Assembly: GCF_011386835.1 (NCBI RefSeq)
Contig: NC_088794.1
Coordinates: 11,160,001-11,224,000 of the forward strand
DNA: 64,000 nt
Direction of reading: 5' to 3'
Origin: Chrysemys picta bellii
Lineage: Eukaryota
Positions 24,244 through 36,800 of the stretch are shown one piece after another. The notes under the pieces were generated by a model, which was given only the letters and a program-made list of their open reading frames with translations, was not told the DNA's origin and did not search any database. Each line of letters opens with the position of its first letter. Positions within the stretch are counted from its first letter, which is position 1. Position numbers and translations under genes: made by a program.

Positions 24244-25218
24244 CTCAGTCTCAGAGGGAAGAGTGCCACCTACAGAACTACCAGTGCCACCTCCTGCTGT
24301 ACCTCGGTTTTCTTAGTACACAGACTTGGCTGTACTAACCCTTTGAAATCTGACAGTCAGATTGTAGTAGCTGCTTATATGGGCCCTCAAGTTTCTATTA
24401 AACTTTCACACACCTTTAGCTCAAATGCCCAACTGACTGCAGGACTGACAGAAATCTCTTCCCCTTTCTGTTCCACTCCACTATAATGCAGCCCCTTTTT
24501 CATTCAACTCCTCTTCCTCTTTCCAGGCCCCCCTACCCATGGGTCTGATTCCCATCCCCGTCCTCCCCAGCCCTCACTCTTCCCTTTGTAACAGAGGAAG
24601 GGAGGCTGAGAAATAAAAATAGAAATATTCCAAGAATGGAGAGGCTGAGGAGCCCCCTCCTTCTGCAATCTCCTTCCTTCTCCAGCAGCAGGATGGGGGA
24701 GTCTAGTGATAAAGAACAAAGAGACCATTGCTGGAAAAATCAAGGTTGTAAGAGAGAGTAAAGACAACCGTTTAAACAATAAAAAAGAGAGGAAGTGTCT
24801 TGTCTCCAGACAAGCCATTGTTTTTCAGGCTGCATAATAATGTTAATAACCCCTCTAGGCCTGGAAGATAACACAATAGAAGAGAGAGAGGGGAGGTGTA
24901 GTTCACACCTTGACTATTGCTTCTGTTGTTTAGCTGGCATTATCCCCCGGGCTTTGGGATAAGGAGAATTAGAACTGCATATTGTTGAAAATTTCAAAGA
25001 CCCCCTTCAACCAAAGGGTCCACCATTTGTTTTGCACCCAGGATTTTCAGTGGAGGCTGTTGTCACCTAAAAGGGGGACATGTGAAGCTGACATGTTTAG
25101 AGGCTGCTCTAAGTCACTTTCCAGCAGGGGACAAAGATGATAATGAATCTGATTCCAAAGTGGCCCACTCTGCCAACCTACCCAGAAGGGATTCCAGGGA
25201 GGATTTTTGACTTGGGAT

Positions 25219-25768
25219 TAGAGTGACCACCTTTTCAAAATGCAAAAACGGGATACATGCAGGAGCCCCGCCCCCCTCTGTGGCCCCACCCCCTGACCAG
25301 GACGGAAGTGAGAGCTGGGCAGTGGTAATAGCCGCCCAGGGAGACCAGGCTACTGTGGAGAGCCCTGGACCCTTCACCTGCCCTGGGCGGGGTGCCCAAG
25401 AGCAGCCCCTGTCCCTGTCCCCCATGGCCTGCCATCCATGGCAGGTGGAGGGTCTGGAGCTCCCCATGTGTCCCAGGCTCCCTGAGTGCCCGGCTCCGGC
25501 TTCTGACCTGGCCAGGGGCAAGGCCTCGGGGGGAAGAGGAGGAGCAGGGGGCGGGGCCTGGTGGTGAGGAGGGGCTAAGGCCCACCTCAGCGCTCACCAC
25601 CCCCTACTGAGAAGAGGCTGGCACCGCCCCTGAGCTTTGGGCAGATGTGGAGTGGCGCCACAGGGAATCCAGGACAAATGCCATCCTGGAGTCATTCAGC
25701 CCAGGACCAGGCCTTAAAATGTACATTTTGGGACTGTCCCATCCAATTAGGGATGGGTGGTCACCCTA
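25219..25768. mobile_element. hAT MITE (older)
   Basis: TIRs TAGAGTGACCACC / GGTGGTCACCCTA; degenerate TSD cttgggat/ctttagag. Confidence 0.7.
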
Positions 25769-27721
25769 CTTTAGAGCCCTGACCACTTCACAAACAGAGT
25801 AACATGAGATGTACTCCTACTGTTTCTTCACAGCAGTTGATGGACTTCCTGTCTTAGTAACCATCATAAGATGTGTAGACATTTTTCATGTGATACAGTC
25901 ATCTTCATGGTGCCATGTCCCACAGAATGTCTGGACAATATAACTCAAAACCGCTGCTAAGAATACAGTCATGGCCTTTCACCTTTACACTGCCACAGAA
26001 TATCTAAGCAGAGGAAAAGGAATGTTTGTGAACTGTGCCACATAGGAGGTGCATTTCCCAAGATGTGACCCTGTAGGCTACAAGGAGTTAATGCAATGAG
26101 AACAATCTGCTAACTCTAGGCTCCAGTCTTTAACCCTGGCCTTCTGGCTCACTGGCCTACAGGACCATGAAGATGAGCAACAACATGAATGAGAAGAAAT
26201 GCAGAGCATGGTATCTGCTTTGGTAATTATGTCCTCTACACTTTTGGTTCCGAGAAACTTCAACCTCCATGTGTGGACAACAGCACATCTTTGTCAGCAC
26301 ATGAGTCTACAGAGCCTCAGGCCTCCAAAACATTTGTGCTAAGTGGCTACAGGGAGCACACAGAAAGATGCATATATGCTTTTAATCTCTATTTTGATTG
26401 TGATGATCTGTCTGATTATGATCTGACCACTACATTATGCAGACAAAAATGAGGGAACTCGAGCTGCTTGGAGGTGGAGGACCAATTGTAAGGGTGTGCC
26501 CTAGGAAATAGATGGTGTCAGATCAGTTCCATTGGGCTCTTAGCGATCCCTTTCCTGACTAACCATATTATTCATTACGACGTCTAGTACTACTGCTTGA
26601 GTGGCAACAGTGTGCAGCTCTGTGCTATATAAAACAAAGCAGAGAAATGAATCATGCCTCACCCTGGGACCATTCCCAAGATGGGTGAATGCAGCGCTAT
26701 AACTGGTCTGCTGTCCATTGCCATCGACAAAATGGTTTCCAAGTGTAGCACTGGGCTAGGTGGCATACAGAGTATCTATTCTAGCAGCCCTCAGCAGTTA
26801 CACTGGAACAGAACTTCTTAAACCTAGACACATGCAAAGAGAGACAATTTTTATTTCATAGAGTGATAAGAAAAGATTCAGGGGAATCTTAATTACAGCC
26901 ATTGTATAATAATAATAATAATTAATAATAATTAATAATAAGTGACTTAGGAGCCTAATTCTTACTTCCTACTATCAAAAGCTCCTGATAGCTTTTGATA
27001 GTAGGAAGCTATCAAAAGTCACATAGGAGGCTAAATCCTGCTGAAAGTTAATCTGGGACAGACTGGAACTAGTGTCTTAGCAGTGAAATGATAACAATTA
27101 ATACCTAGCGCTTCTGTAGTGCTTGTCATGAGTAGATCTCAAAGTGCTTTACAAAGAAGGGCAATATTTTTATTCCCATTTTGCAGATGGGGAAACTGAG
27201 GCACATAGAGGGGACATGATTTGCCCATAGTCCCCCAGCAGGGCAATGCCAGAGCCAGAAATGGGACCGAGGTCTTCAGAGTTCTAGTCCGGTGCTATAA
27301 CGACTATGTCACCTTTAACACTATCCTGACTTCCCCTCCCTCAAAACTAGCCAATCTCACTTAATTTGGGGCTACATTATAATTGTTGCCTTATAGGTGA
27401 AAATAACCCCAGTGTAAGGCATTGGTATATAGTTTGTGGAATGACTTTATGCCAGAAAATACAGGTGATGTCCTGGTTCGTGTCTCATTATTCTCAGCTG
27501 TTCACAGTCCCTAGGGGACCATGGGCAGGTTGACTGTGGATCAGAGCAGCCCTGAGGCGACTCTAATTTATATTGGGGGCTGGAGAAGCCCAGAATACTG
27601 GGAGGTGCAAATGTGGTTTAAATCTTAAAGCCATGTTTCCTCTCTCTCCCCCGCCGACCTGGAGTGAGAAATGGGCCCAGAGTCAAGCAGTGGGAGGACC
27701 CAGCTCGAGGTTCCTGACCCA

Positions 27722-28595
27722 TAGGGTTGCCAACTTTCTAATTGCGCAAAACCAAACACCTTTGCCCTGCCCCGCTGCAATGCCCCTGCCCCACCCCTTC
27801 TCTGAGTCCCCCCCCACTTATTCCACCCCCCCACTCACTTTCACTGGCCTGGGGCAGAGGTTTGGGGTGTGGGAGGAGGTGATGGCTCCAGCTGGGGGTG
27901 TGGGCTCTGGGGTCAGGCCAGAAATGTGAGGTTCAGGGTGCAGGAGGGGGCTCTGGGCTGAAGCAGGGAGCTGGGGTATAGGAAGGGGTGCAGGCTCTGG
28001 GAGGGAGTTTGGGTGCGTGAGGGGACTCAGGGCTGGGGTAGGGGTTGAGGTGTGGGAGGGGATTCAGGGTGCGGGCTCTGGCTGGGCGGCGCTTTCCTCA
28101 GGCAGCTCCCGGTCAGTGGTGCAATTGGGCCAAGGCAGGCTCCCTACCTGCCCTGGCTCCACACTGCTCCTGGAAGCGGCTAGCATGTCTGCCCCTAGGC
28201 AGAGGGGCCAGGGGGCTCAGTGCAGTGCATGCTTCCTGCACCCACAGGCGCCACCCCCACAGCTCCCATTCAGGGCCGGTGTAACCACTAGGCGATGCTC
28301 CGGGGGGAGAGAAGGGGGACGGGGGGCACAAGGTGGAAGTTTTGCCTAGTGCACAAAATATCCTTGCACCGGCCCTGCTCCCATTGGCTGTGGTTCCCGG
28401 CCAATGGGCGCTGCGGAGCTGGCGTTCAAGGTGGGGGCAATGCACGGAGCTTCCTGGCCGCCCCTGTGCCTAGGGGCCAGACATGCTGGCCACTTCCAGG
28501 ACTTTTAACAGCCCGGTCAGCACTGCTGACCGGAGCCACCAGGGTCCCTTTTTGACCGGTTGTTCCAGTCGAAAATCAGACGCCTGGCAACTCAG
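27722..28595. mobile_element. hAT MITE (TAGGGTTGCCA type)
   Basis: TAGGGTTGCCAAC start and ...cctggcaactcag end; GC-rich subterminal iterations. Confidence 0.7.
28271..28377. mobile_element. 107-bp mini hAT element nested in another MITE
   Basis: TIRs CAGGGCCGGTG / CACCGGCCCTG; perfect 8-bp TSD CTCCCATT. Confidence 0.88.
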
Positions 28596-28744
28596 TGACA
28601 CATCTTGTCAGAGTCACAAATAGAGCCATGCTCAGCAAGTGCTGCGGGTCTGTAAGGGGAATGTTGTGCTCCTTCTGTATGGGCACTGATGGAACAGGTC
28701 CAGCAATTAAGTTTTGGGACAGGGGCAAGGAATTCCCCATGTGC

Positions 28745-29090
28745 TTGATTGTGCTATTGACATGGTGGTGATGGCCAGAGTGGGCGCTGCCAGGCAGGCA
28801 TAAGAACATAAGAATGGCCATATTGGGTCAGACCAAAGGTCCATCCAGCCCAGTATCCTGTCTACTGACAGTGACCAATGCCAGGTGTCCCAGAGGGTGT
28901 GAACCTGACAGGCCCAGTGATTGGGATGGCTCAGGGATCCCCCTTGTGCTATTGACATGGCGGTGATGGCCAGGGTGGACACTGCCAGGCAGGCCCAGTG
29001 ATTGGGACGGGTCAGGGATCCCCCTGGTGCTATTGGCATGGTGGTGGTGGCCAGGGTGGGCGCTGACTGGCCAGGGCCAGTGACTGGGCT
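28745..29090. repeat. ~81-bp tandem repeat (about 3 units) interrupted by a CR1 3' tail (about 28800-28905, minus)
   Basis: caggcccagtga recurs at 28909, 28990 and about 29072; gtgctattgacatgg..gatggccag occurs three times; the insert begins ataagaacataagaatggcc (CR1 3' octamer repeats). Confidence 0.75.
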
Positions 29091-29549
29091 CTGGGTCTGC
29101 AGCGTCATAAGCCCCAAGCGTTCAAACGCCATAAGTCAGGGTCTCCAAAATCATAAGATTGGCCTAAAAATCCTGAGTTGTAGATCTTAAATCCACACAG
29201 TTTGGGTTCATTTTCTCTGCTTTTAGATGTCTGAGCCCTTGCAAGTGGGTGTCACATTTTCGAGCATTTGTGCACAATCGTAAGGGCTAGAAATGAAATG
29301 TGAACTGAGAGTCTTGAAAAAATCACGGGACTCCAGGAGCTGGGTCTTTAAGTGAAACACCCAAGCTCTGGTGGGTTGGGGCTGGCCTGGAGCAGGGAGT
29401 CCCCATTTGGCTTCAGGGGGCTGGGGACATGTGGTTTTGGTGGCCAGGGTGGGCACTGACTGGCAGGGGCTGGGATCTGGGTGGGGCCTGGAGTTCCCCG
29501 GCTCACTGGTCTGAGATCCAGCAAACTCCCCCCCCCACCCGCCATTCTC

Positions 29550-29780
29550 CTCAGGGGCAACGGCTCCCTTCGAACTCCTCCCGCCAAAACACCTCCTCCA
29601 CTGTGATTGGCCGGAGGGTCTGGCCAATGAAAGGGCTGTTACTGGGCTCGGCGGGGGGGGAGGAGCCACGTCCCTTCCCGGGGAAGGTTCCATCGGAGGC
29701 GTGGCGCGCGTGCAGGCGCTAGGGAGGGGCTCGTGCTGAGTGTTGCAGGAGCTGGCGTTTGCAGCAGTAGCAGTAAAGGA
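29550..29780. promoter_or_regulatory. CpG-rich, promoter-like element (candidate BTBD18 promoter)
   Basis: Unique CpG-rich patch with ATTGG (29606), CCAAT (29624), gccacgtc and ggcgcgcgtgca, about 4 kb upstream of the BTBD18 ATG exon, which has an upstream acceptor. Confidence 0.45.
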
Positions 29781-30755
29781 GTGCTGCAGAGTGGGGTCGG
29801 TGGGCACCGTTCAGGAGGCAGATGATTGGGGTGCAGAGAATAGAACATGTCTCAGTTGGGGGAGGGAATTGAAGCCCCCCCTTAGTGGGGGGGACGGGGG
29901 GGAAGGGAGCCCCCCCCTTAGTATGTGAGGGGAAATGGAGCTCTCCTTAGTATGTGTGTGAGGGGCGACTATGGGGGAATGGAGTCCTCCCTTGTGTATG
30001 AGAGGCAGCTGTGGGGGGAATTGAGCTCCCTTAGCGTGTGTGGGCTAATCATGAAGAGGGAATGGACCCCCTTCAATGCAGGAGCTGGGTGGTGTACTGG
30101 AATGGAGAAGGAATGTGGATCTTTTTGGAGTAGCAGGGAATGGTTGTGAGGGGAAGCCCCTTGCATGGGTTGCAACTCTCTGAACAACGTGTTGTGTATT
30201 TGGAGAGGGGAGGGAGGGGTCTGTGGCCAAAAGAATATCGGGATCCTTTTGCCTCTTATGCTGAAACATCCATGTTTCTTATCTGTGTCTTGGCAGCACC
30301 TGTCCCGTCTCTGACTGGCTCCCATCCTCAATGCTGTCACCACACCCGGGTGGCTCCTAAGATTCCTAGTGTTTGGCAGCCCCCAGCTTTCCAACATCCC
30401 TGTGCACACTCCATTAACCTAAATAACAGGTACCCCATTACTGTTGCTCCCTTCCTCAGCAGCAGAAAGGGGGTGGGGATCTGGGTGGGGCAATTTATCC
30501 CTGAAAGAAAACAAGCAGGGGTTGGTGGTAACAAACCAGTGTCTAATTACATCTCAGCACTGAAGGTGTCTGACACTAAAATGTGAGGGGAGCTTAGGAC
30601 TAGTTAGAGATTTGCTCCAATTATAGACATGGGGGTAGCTGCACTGGTAAAGCCATGAGAGGAAGGATGCTCTAGTGGTTAGGACACTCAGGAGACCCAG
30701 GTTGAATTCCCTGATTAGCCACAACCCCCCTGTGTGACCTTGGGCAAGTGACTTA

Positions 30756-31296
30756 GGCTTTGTTTACACTACAAGCGATACCGCAGCAGTGTAGATGCTT
30801 ACTACAGCAACAGAAGGGGTTTTTCATCACTGTAGTACATCGGTAGGCAACCTATGGCACGCGTGCCAAAGGCGGCACGTGAGCTGATTTTTGGTGGCAC
30901 TCACGCTGCCCGGGTCCTGGCCACCGGTCCGGGGGGCTCTGCATTTTAATTTAATTTTAAATGAAGCTTCTTAAACATTTTAAAAACCTTATTTACTTTA
31001 CGTACACCAATAGTTTAGTTTTCTATTATAGACTTATAGAAAGAGACCTTCTAAAAATGTTAAAATATATTACTGGCACGTGAAACCTTAAATTAGAGTG
31101 AGTAAATGAAGTCTATGCACACCCCTTCTGAAAGGTTGCCGATCCCTGCTGTAGTAAATGCACCTCCTCAAGAGGCGGTAGGTAGGTTGATGGAAAAATT
31201 CTTAAATTGGCTTAACTATATCTCAGGGGTGTGAATTTTTGATGTCTCTGAGCGACATAGCTAGGTCTACCTAAGTTTTTAGGTGTAGCCTCAGCC
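30756..31296. mobile_element. Harbinger-like MITE inserted in a MIR-like SINE (about 30640-31410)
   Basis: Ends ggctttgtttacact... / ...ggtgtagcctcagcc with tta/tca flanks; splits the MIR core gggcaagtgactta | tcagtttcccatctgtacaatggg. Confidence 0.55.
30838..31148. mobile_element. hAT (Charlie-like) MITE, innermost of a triple nest
   Basis: TIRs CATCGGTAGGCAACCT / AGGTTGCCGATCCCTG; perfect 8-bp TSD CTGTAGTA. Confidence 0.88.
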
Positions 31297-33157
31297 TCAG
31301 TTTCCCATCTGTACAATGGGATAACCTCACAGGTATATTGGGAGGCTGAATACAATAAAGATTGTGAAGCAATCAGATATTGCTGCGATGGGCAGATAGT
31401 TTGTATGGGTAGAGCTTATCCCTGTTTTGAGACCAGGGAAAGCTGAACCAGCAAAAATGGATGCTTATAGTGGTTCGCCCTGCCTACAATATCTATCTAT
31501 CCAGGGCTTGTCTATGTGGGAAAGTCTTGCCAGTTATACTAATACAGTTATATCGATGATGTGCCCTGTGTAGACTCTTATTCCTGTATAAAAGTGACTT
31601 TTTTGTTGTTGTTGTTTAAGCAGGAACACCTTCCTGAACAACATAAGCTAAACTGAACAAAGGCCACCCTCGCCCCAGAATAAGCCATTGTCCACACACA
31701 CAAGTATCAGTTTAACAATACTGGTATAGTTAAAGCGATACAGAGCCCTTGTGTGGCTGCATTTATGCCTAGTGGATAGAGCATTGGACTGAAACTTGAG
31801 AAATCTGGATTCTATTCCTGGTTCTGCCACTAGCCTGCTGGGTGACCTTGGGCAAGTCGCTTCACCCCTCCATGTCTGTTTCCCCATCTGTAAAATGGGG
31901 TTAATGATACTGACCTCCTTTGAGATCTACTGACGAAAAGCCCTGTATAAGACTACCTATTAGTATACCAGTATAAAAGTGCTTCTAGCTGTTCCTGTAT
32001 GGGAAAGGGAATAAGCTATGCAGGGAGAACTCCATCCACGCTAGGTATTGTCTCGGTATAACGCTGCCAGTTAAAAAAAAACACCCCTGCCATGTACAAA
32101 AACTGTAGAGCAGCCCTTAAAGTGCCCAGGTGTGCATCAGTTGTAATTATATAATTGGTATAACTATGCTGGTTTAAATTCACACCTTAGGATACAGCAG
32201 AAAACTTTCCCTTGTAGTCAAGGCCTTAGTTAATTACACAGACTCCATCACTCTCGTATCTGAGCACCTTTAATGTATTTGTTCTCACAACACCCATGTG
32301 AAGCTGGGCAGCGCAGTTGTCCCCATTGTATCGATGGGGAACTGATGCACAGAAAAGCTAAGTGATTTACCCAAGGTCACACCAGGTGTGTGTGGTAAAG
32401 CAGGGATTTGAACTGGGTCTCCTCTGTCCTCATGGCCTAGGCTGTATCTGCACTGTTGACAAGCAGCGGTGGCAGCAGCAGGGACATTATTGTAGACCTG
32501 CTTGCGTTTTTACCCCTGAGTCATCTGACTTCCTTCAGAACAGAGTCATGATGGTGGCTGACCGTAGTGCTCCCACCATTGCTAGGGCCGGTGGAGCAGC
32601 GGTGGCGTTAGACAAATGGGGGGAGAATTGCCTGCAATTCGGAGTGTAGATGAGGCCATATAGGGAAAGGTCCATATCCTACTTGCCAGTCTATTGAGAC
32701 AATTGAGCATTGCAATGGTGGAGCCGTTCTGCCTGTCCCATTCCCTGATGCTCTGAAGCCAGCTGTTCCCTGCCCCAACCTGTGGCTGGTTTGGAATCCG
32801 CTCTAGAGAGGAAGTTCTCTATCCCATTCGCTAATTCCCCAAGCCAAGTCATCCACTTCCTCACTGAAGGGGGGTGAGAGACTCCACGTGGCAGTCTGAG
32901 CTATCCAGTTCCCCCAACCCTGAGCCGGATTGGAACCAGTGCCCATTGGTGACTGACTCCCTATCTGTTTCCCCAATCCCCTGAGCTGGCTGGGTGGGGG
33001 CCAGTGACCCAGAGGTGACAGGCTGTGTACTGAATTATGGAAAAAATATCATATTTCAGTACCATTCAATACTCTTTTCTGTGAGAGTCTCTGCTCCGTG
33101 CCCCCTGCTAGTTAAATATATCAACATTACCTCAGGGAAAGTAGCACATGGATAATA

Positions 33158-33640
33158 CATAGATCCCAAGGCTAGCAGGGACCATTGTGACAATCTGGTC
33201 TGAGCTCCTGTATAACACAGGCCAGAGAATTTCCCTGAATTAATTCCTGTTTGAACCAAAACAGATCTTTTAGAAAAACATCCCATCTTGAATGAAAAAT
33301 TGCCAGTGGTAGAGAATCCATCACAAGGCATAGTAAGTTGTACCAGTGGTTAATTACCCTCACTGTTAAAATTGTCCACCTTATTTCCAGTCTGAATTTG
33401 GCTAGCATCAACTTCCAACCATTGGAACTTATCAGATCTTTGCTAGATTGAAGAGCCCTCAATTATCAGATTTTTGGTCCCCAGGTAGTTCTCATAACCT
33501 GTGATCAAATCACCCTTAAACCTTCTCTTTGGTAAGATAAATAGATTTTGCTCCTTGAGTCATTCACTCTAAGGTGTATTTTTCCAATCCCTTAATCATC
33601 CTTGTGGCTCGTCACTGACTCCCTCCCAATTTATCATTGA
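33158..33640 (-). mobile_element. CR1 LINE 3' fragment
   Basis: Minus frame NGWKLMLAKFRLEIRWTILTVRVINHWYNL (CR1 C-terminus) followed by the CR1 3' UTR. Confidence 0.8.
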
Positions 33641-33856
33641 GCCAGGAATAAAATAGTTTATAACAGTCACTGCCCTTCCAGGGGGAGATGGTTTGGCAGA
33701 AGCTTGCATAGGCTCACTTCCTGCCTCCAGTCTTTCCCCTTTATAGTACCAAATCCACCAAGGGAGCTCTGCTAGGTAGAGCCGACTGCGTTCCCAGGAC
33801 TGTGTTCCGTTTGCAGGGAATCTGGTGTCTGGTAACGAGCGGGAGGCTCTGCTGAC

Positions 33857-36800
33857 ATGTGCTCCCCTGTGGCCGGTTCTAAGATTCTCTATCGGAACTC
33901 CCGCCTCCTGCGCATGGCGTTCCTGCAGCTCCATCGCCAGCAGAGGGCAGATGTATTCTGTGATGTCATCCTGCAGGCAGAAGGTAACCTGAAAGAGAGG
34001 ATTGGTACCCACCTTTCTTGTATCTGCTGAATTGTCACCTTGCCCGTGCCCCTAATGATGTGATTTGATGTACATTTCCAGAGAATATTAATTATACATG
34101 AGTATGTAGTTACATTTTAACATAAAGGGCACTATACGTATGCTCGGCCCTTAGCTTTGCTGTTTGCAGTGGCTGTTGTATCACTGGGGACCGTGATACT
34201 GATGCGGCCTTGTGTGATAGGCGGCATTGATGGGCTTGATGATGTTTGGGAATCATAAGTAGAAAAAGGTCTGCACAAAAGTGGAAGTACTTCCAAAGAG
34301 CAAATTTTGCAAAATAGCAGCCTTCCTACATGGTGCCAGCTATCTGTCAGCAGACATATGGAAATTAAGTGTACATCCTTGATTGGAGCATTGTGAGACC
34401 ATTTTATATGAACTTTGCCCTCAGCTGCTTCATGTTCAGCTGACAACTTGAGCATATTTTGGTCTGTGAAAGTCTCTGACTCATTAATCAAACTAATCTT
34501 GAAGCTTCCTGATTTGTTAAGCGTGGGGGTGACTGTCTCACTAATATTTTGTAAGTGTCTTGTTATTCTGTTTAAACTTTCATTGGATGAGGGGAAGTTT
34601 CAAGCAATAGCCTCCTATCTCATTGCATCTATAAGCAAGGTCCCGCTGCTCTGCAAAGTTAATTTTTTTAATATTCATTGGAAGTACTGTCTTTGCTGCT
34701 AAGAAGAAGTGTCTTGGGAGTGGCATCCTTCGAATTAGTGAGGTTTCCATATGCTTCCCTGGCCCTTTGTTTCAGAATCTTACTTTTAGCAGATGGTGCA
34801 CACAGAGTGTGAACCAAGACCCAGGACTCTAGTTATGGACACGAGAGAGTGTGTGTGTTTGGGGAACATGGCCATGCATCTCACTGTCTTGCTCATACTG
34901 TATATTGTTTGTTTCTGTGTGTAAGGAAGCTTTTATTTCTTGCTAGCTGGTAGCTTTGGCTGTGTCCGAATGGAACTCCAGAGACACATAAACCAGCTGT
35001 TCTGTAGCTAGAGACATGCCTGTCAGTCCCTCGCTGAAATAACATTTGCTTTGATGTGCCAGTGCTCAATGTCCTCTTTCTTAGGTGGTTTTTGAAAGAG
35101 GAAATTAAATGAAAAATAAAATCCCTCCTTTAAGATAACATCCTGGTTGAAGTCTGAAATACTGAAAACTCTGGCAGCATTGTACCTGCCCCTATGGTTC
35201 TCCGCCCCTTCTGGAGGGGAGGGTTTGGAGCAACTTCCTGGCTGGACGTCCTAAAGAACCAAAGACGGGTGCAGCCAAGGTGGCCATCCTTACAGTATTC
35301 CGAGCTGCCCTGAGTAGCAGTGCTAGGGAGAGGCTGGGTTGGGGGTCCTGGCTGGGTTCAAGGCAGCAGGAGAGGCACCCAGAAAAGTGGATACACTCTC
35401 AATAAAATCACTGCTCCTCCAGGGCACACAGGTCTGTCTGAGTCTCCCCTTTGTGGATAGTCATGAGACTGCTGGATTGGACCCAAATCTTTGGACCCCA
35501 CATGCTTTCCAGCCCACTGGGTCTGGGCAGAGTCCAGACACTCTAGGTCTGTCATCTTAGGCATAATCCTGGGACACCGATCTCATCCAGTATTCCTCCT
35601 GCCCCCAACCCCAGGACCAAGACTGAACCACTCAGGCCTCCCTAGTAGCTTATGCATGCTCTCCCCAGAGCCCCACCCTTACGGTGCCTCCCTTGCGTAG
35701 TTTCTCTTCAGGGACCATGTGTCATGGGATAGAAAAGGGATACGGAGAAAAGTGTGGGTGGCTTGTTTTTTTAAAGGAAGCAGACAACTTAATTTTATTT
35801 TGAGTGGGGTTTGTTAGTTTTATTTGGCTGTCGATGCAGTTAACTGGAGCAGTGGAAGGGACCTCAGAAATAAAAGCATCCACTTGAATTAACCCTCTGC
35901 CTGGTATGAAATGGAAGCACGGTCTTTGCTACTAAGAAGTGACTCGGGGAGTGGCATCCTTTGCCGGGGGCGGGGGAGAAAGGCTGGAGAGGGGGCCATG
36001 GAGATATGATCTCTCCTCAGACAAGAATGAAACCAAATCCCAGCATAAGCAGGCTGAGTTAGAGCTGCCTCAGGAACCGTAATGAAGAGTTGCCAACTCA
36101 TGTGATTTTTATCACGAGTCTTGCAATATTTGGTGCTTTTCTTATAGCCCCGGCTGCGGGAATTGGAAGAGAGGAAGAAAATCTTTGCTTTAATTTTTTT
36201 TTTAAAGTGTGGTTCTAGCTTCCTTGTGCTTGTGGAAGAAAGCTTGAAAAGGTGAAGCAAGGACCCCCGAAAGGTTCTGAAATCAGAAGGCAAATAAAAA
36301 TAACGATTTTAAGCCAATTTCATGATTTTTGGGGCGGGGTCCAACGCCTGATTTTTGAATTGTTGTGGGTTGGCGATACTAGGGCTTTGGGGTAGTTAAA
36401 ATGTGAACTGCCCTTTTGCATAAGTGAGGTTTATTAATACCGAATAGAGAGGAGCCGAGTCCCACACACAGCAGGGTTCTTGAGAGGATTTGGGGACTGG
36501 AGCAGCACAGAGCAGGCCAACCCAAACCCAATAAAGCACCATTGTTAAAGGGGTTGGAACAGGGTAGTAATCGCTAATGCAGTAGCAGAGCCCAGCTAAC
36601 CTATGACACTGATGGTCCACTCCTTTGTTTGCAGGAGAGGCTGTACCGGCTCACTGCTGCATTCTCTCCGCCTGCAGTCCCTTCTTCATGGAGTGCCTGG
36701 AGAGGCAAATGCCCTCCAAAGGGTGCAAAGTGGTGCTGGAGCTGCGGGGTCTGAAGATCGGGACTCTGCGGAAGCTGGTGGATTTCCTATACACCTCGGA

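Noticed and set aside
23471-24338. Six overlapping 150-260-aa ORFs
   Set aside because: Low-complexity translations of a GC-rich hAT MITE interior, with no transposase motifs.
26080-26460. Trace resembling an APE endonuclease motif (..NFNLHV..) of an ancient LINE
   Set aside because: Too degenerate to assign by eye; it needs an HMM search.
34132-34702. AT-rich ORFs in the BTBD18 intron
   Set aside because: No recognisable motifs or convincing splice sites; possibly decayed transposon sequence.
36625-36634. ORF-track start of the 689-aa BTBD18 ORF (MFAGEAV...)
   Set aside because: This is a non-ATG start inside the polypyrimidine tract/acceptor. The real N-terminus comes from the exon at 33857-33983.
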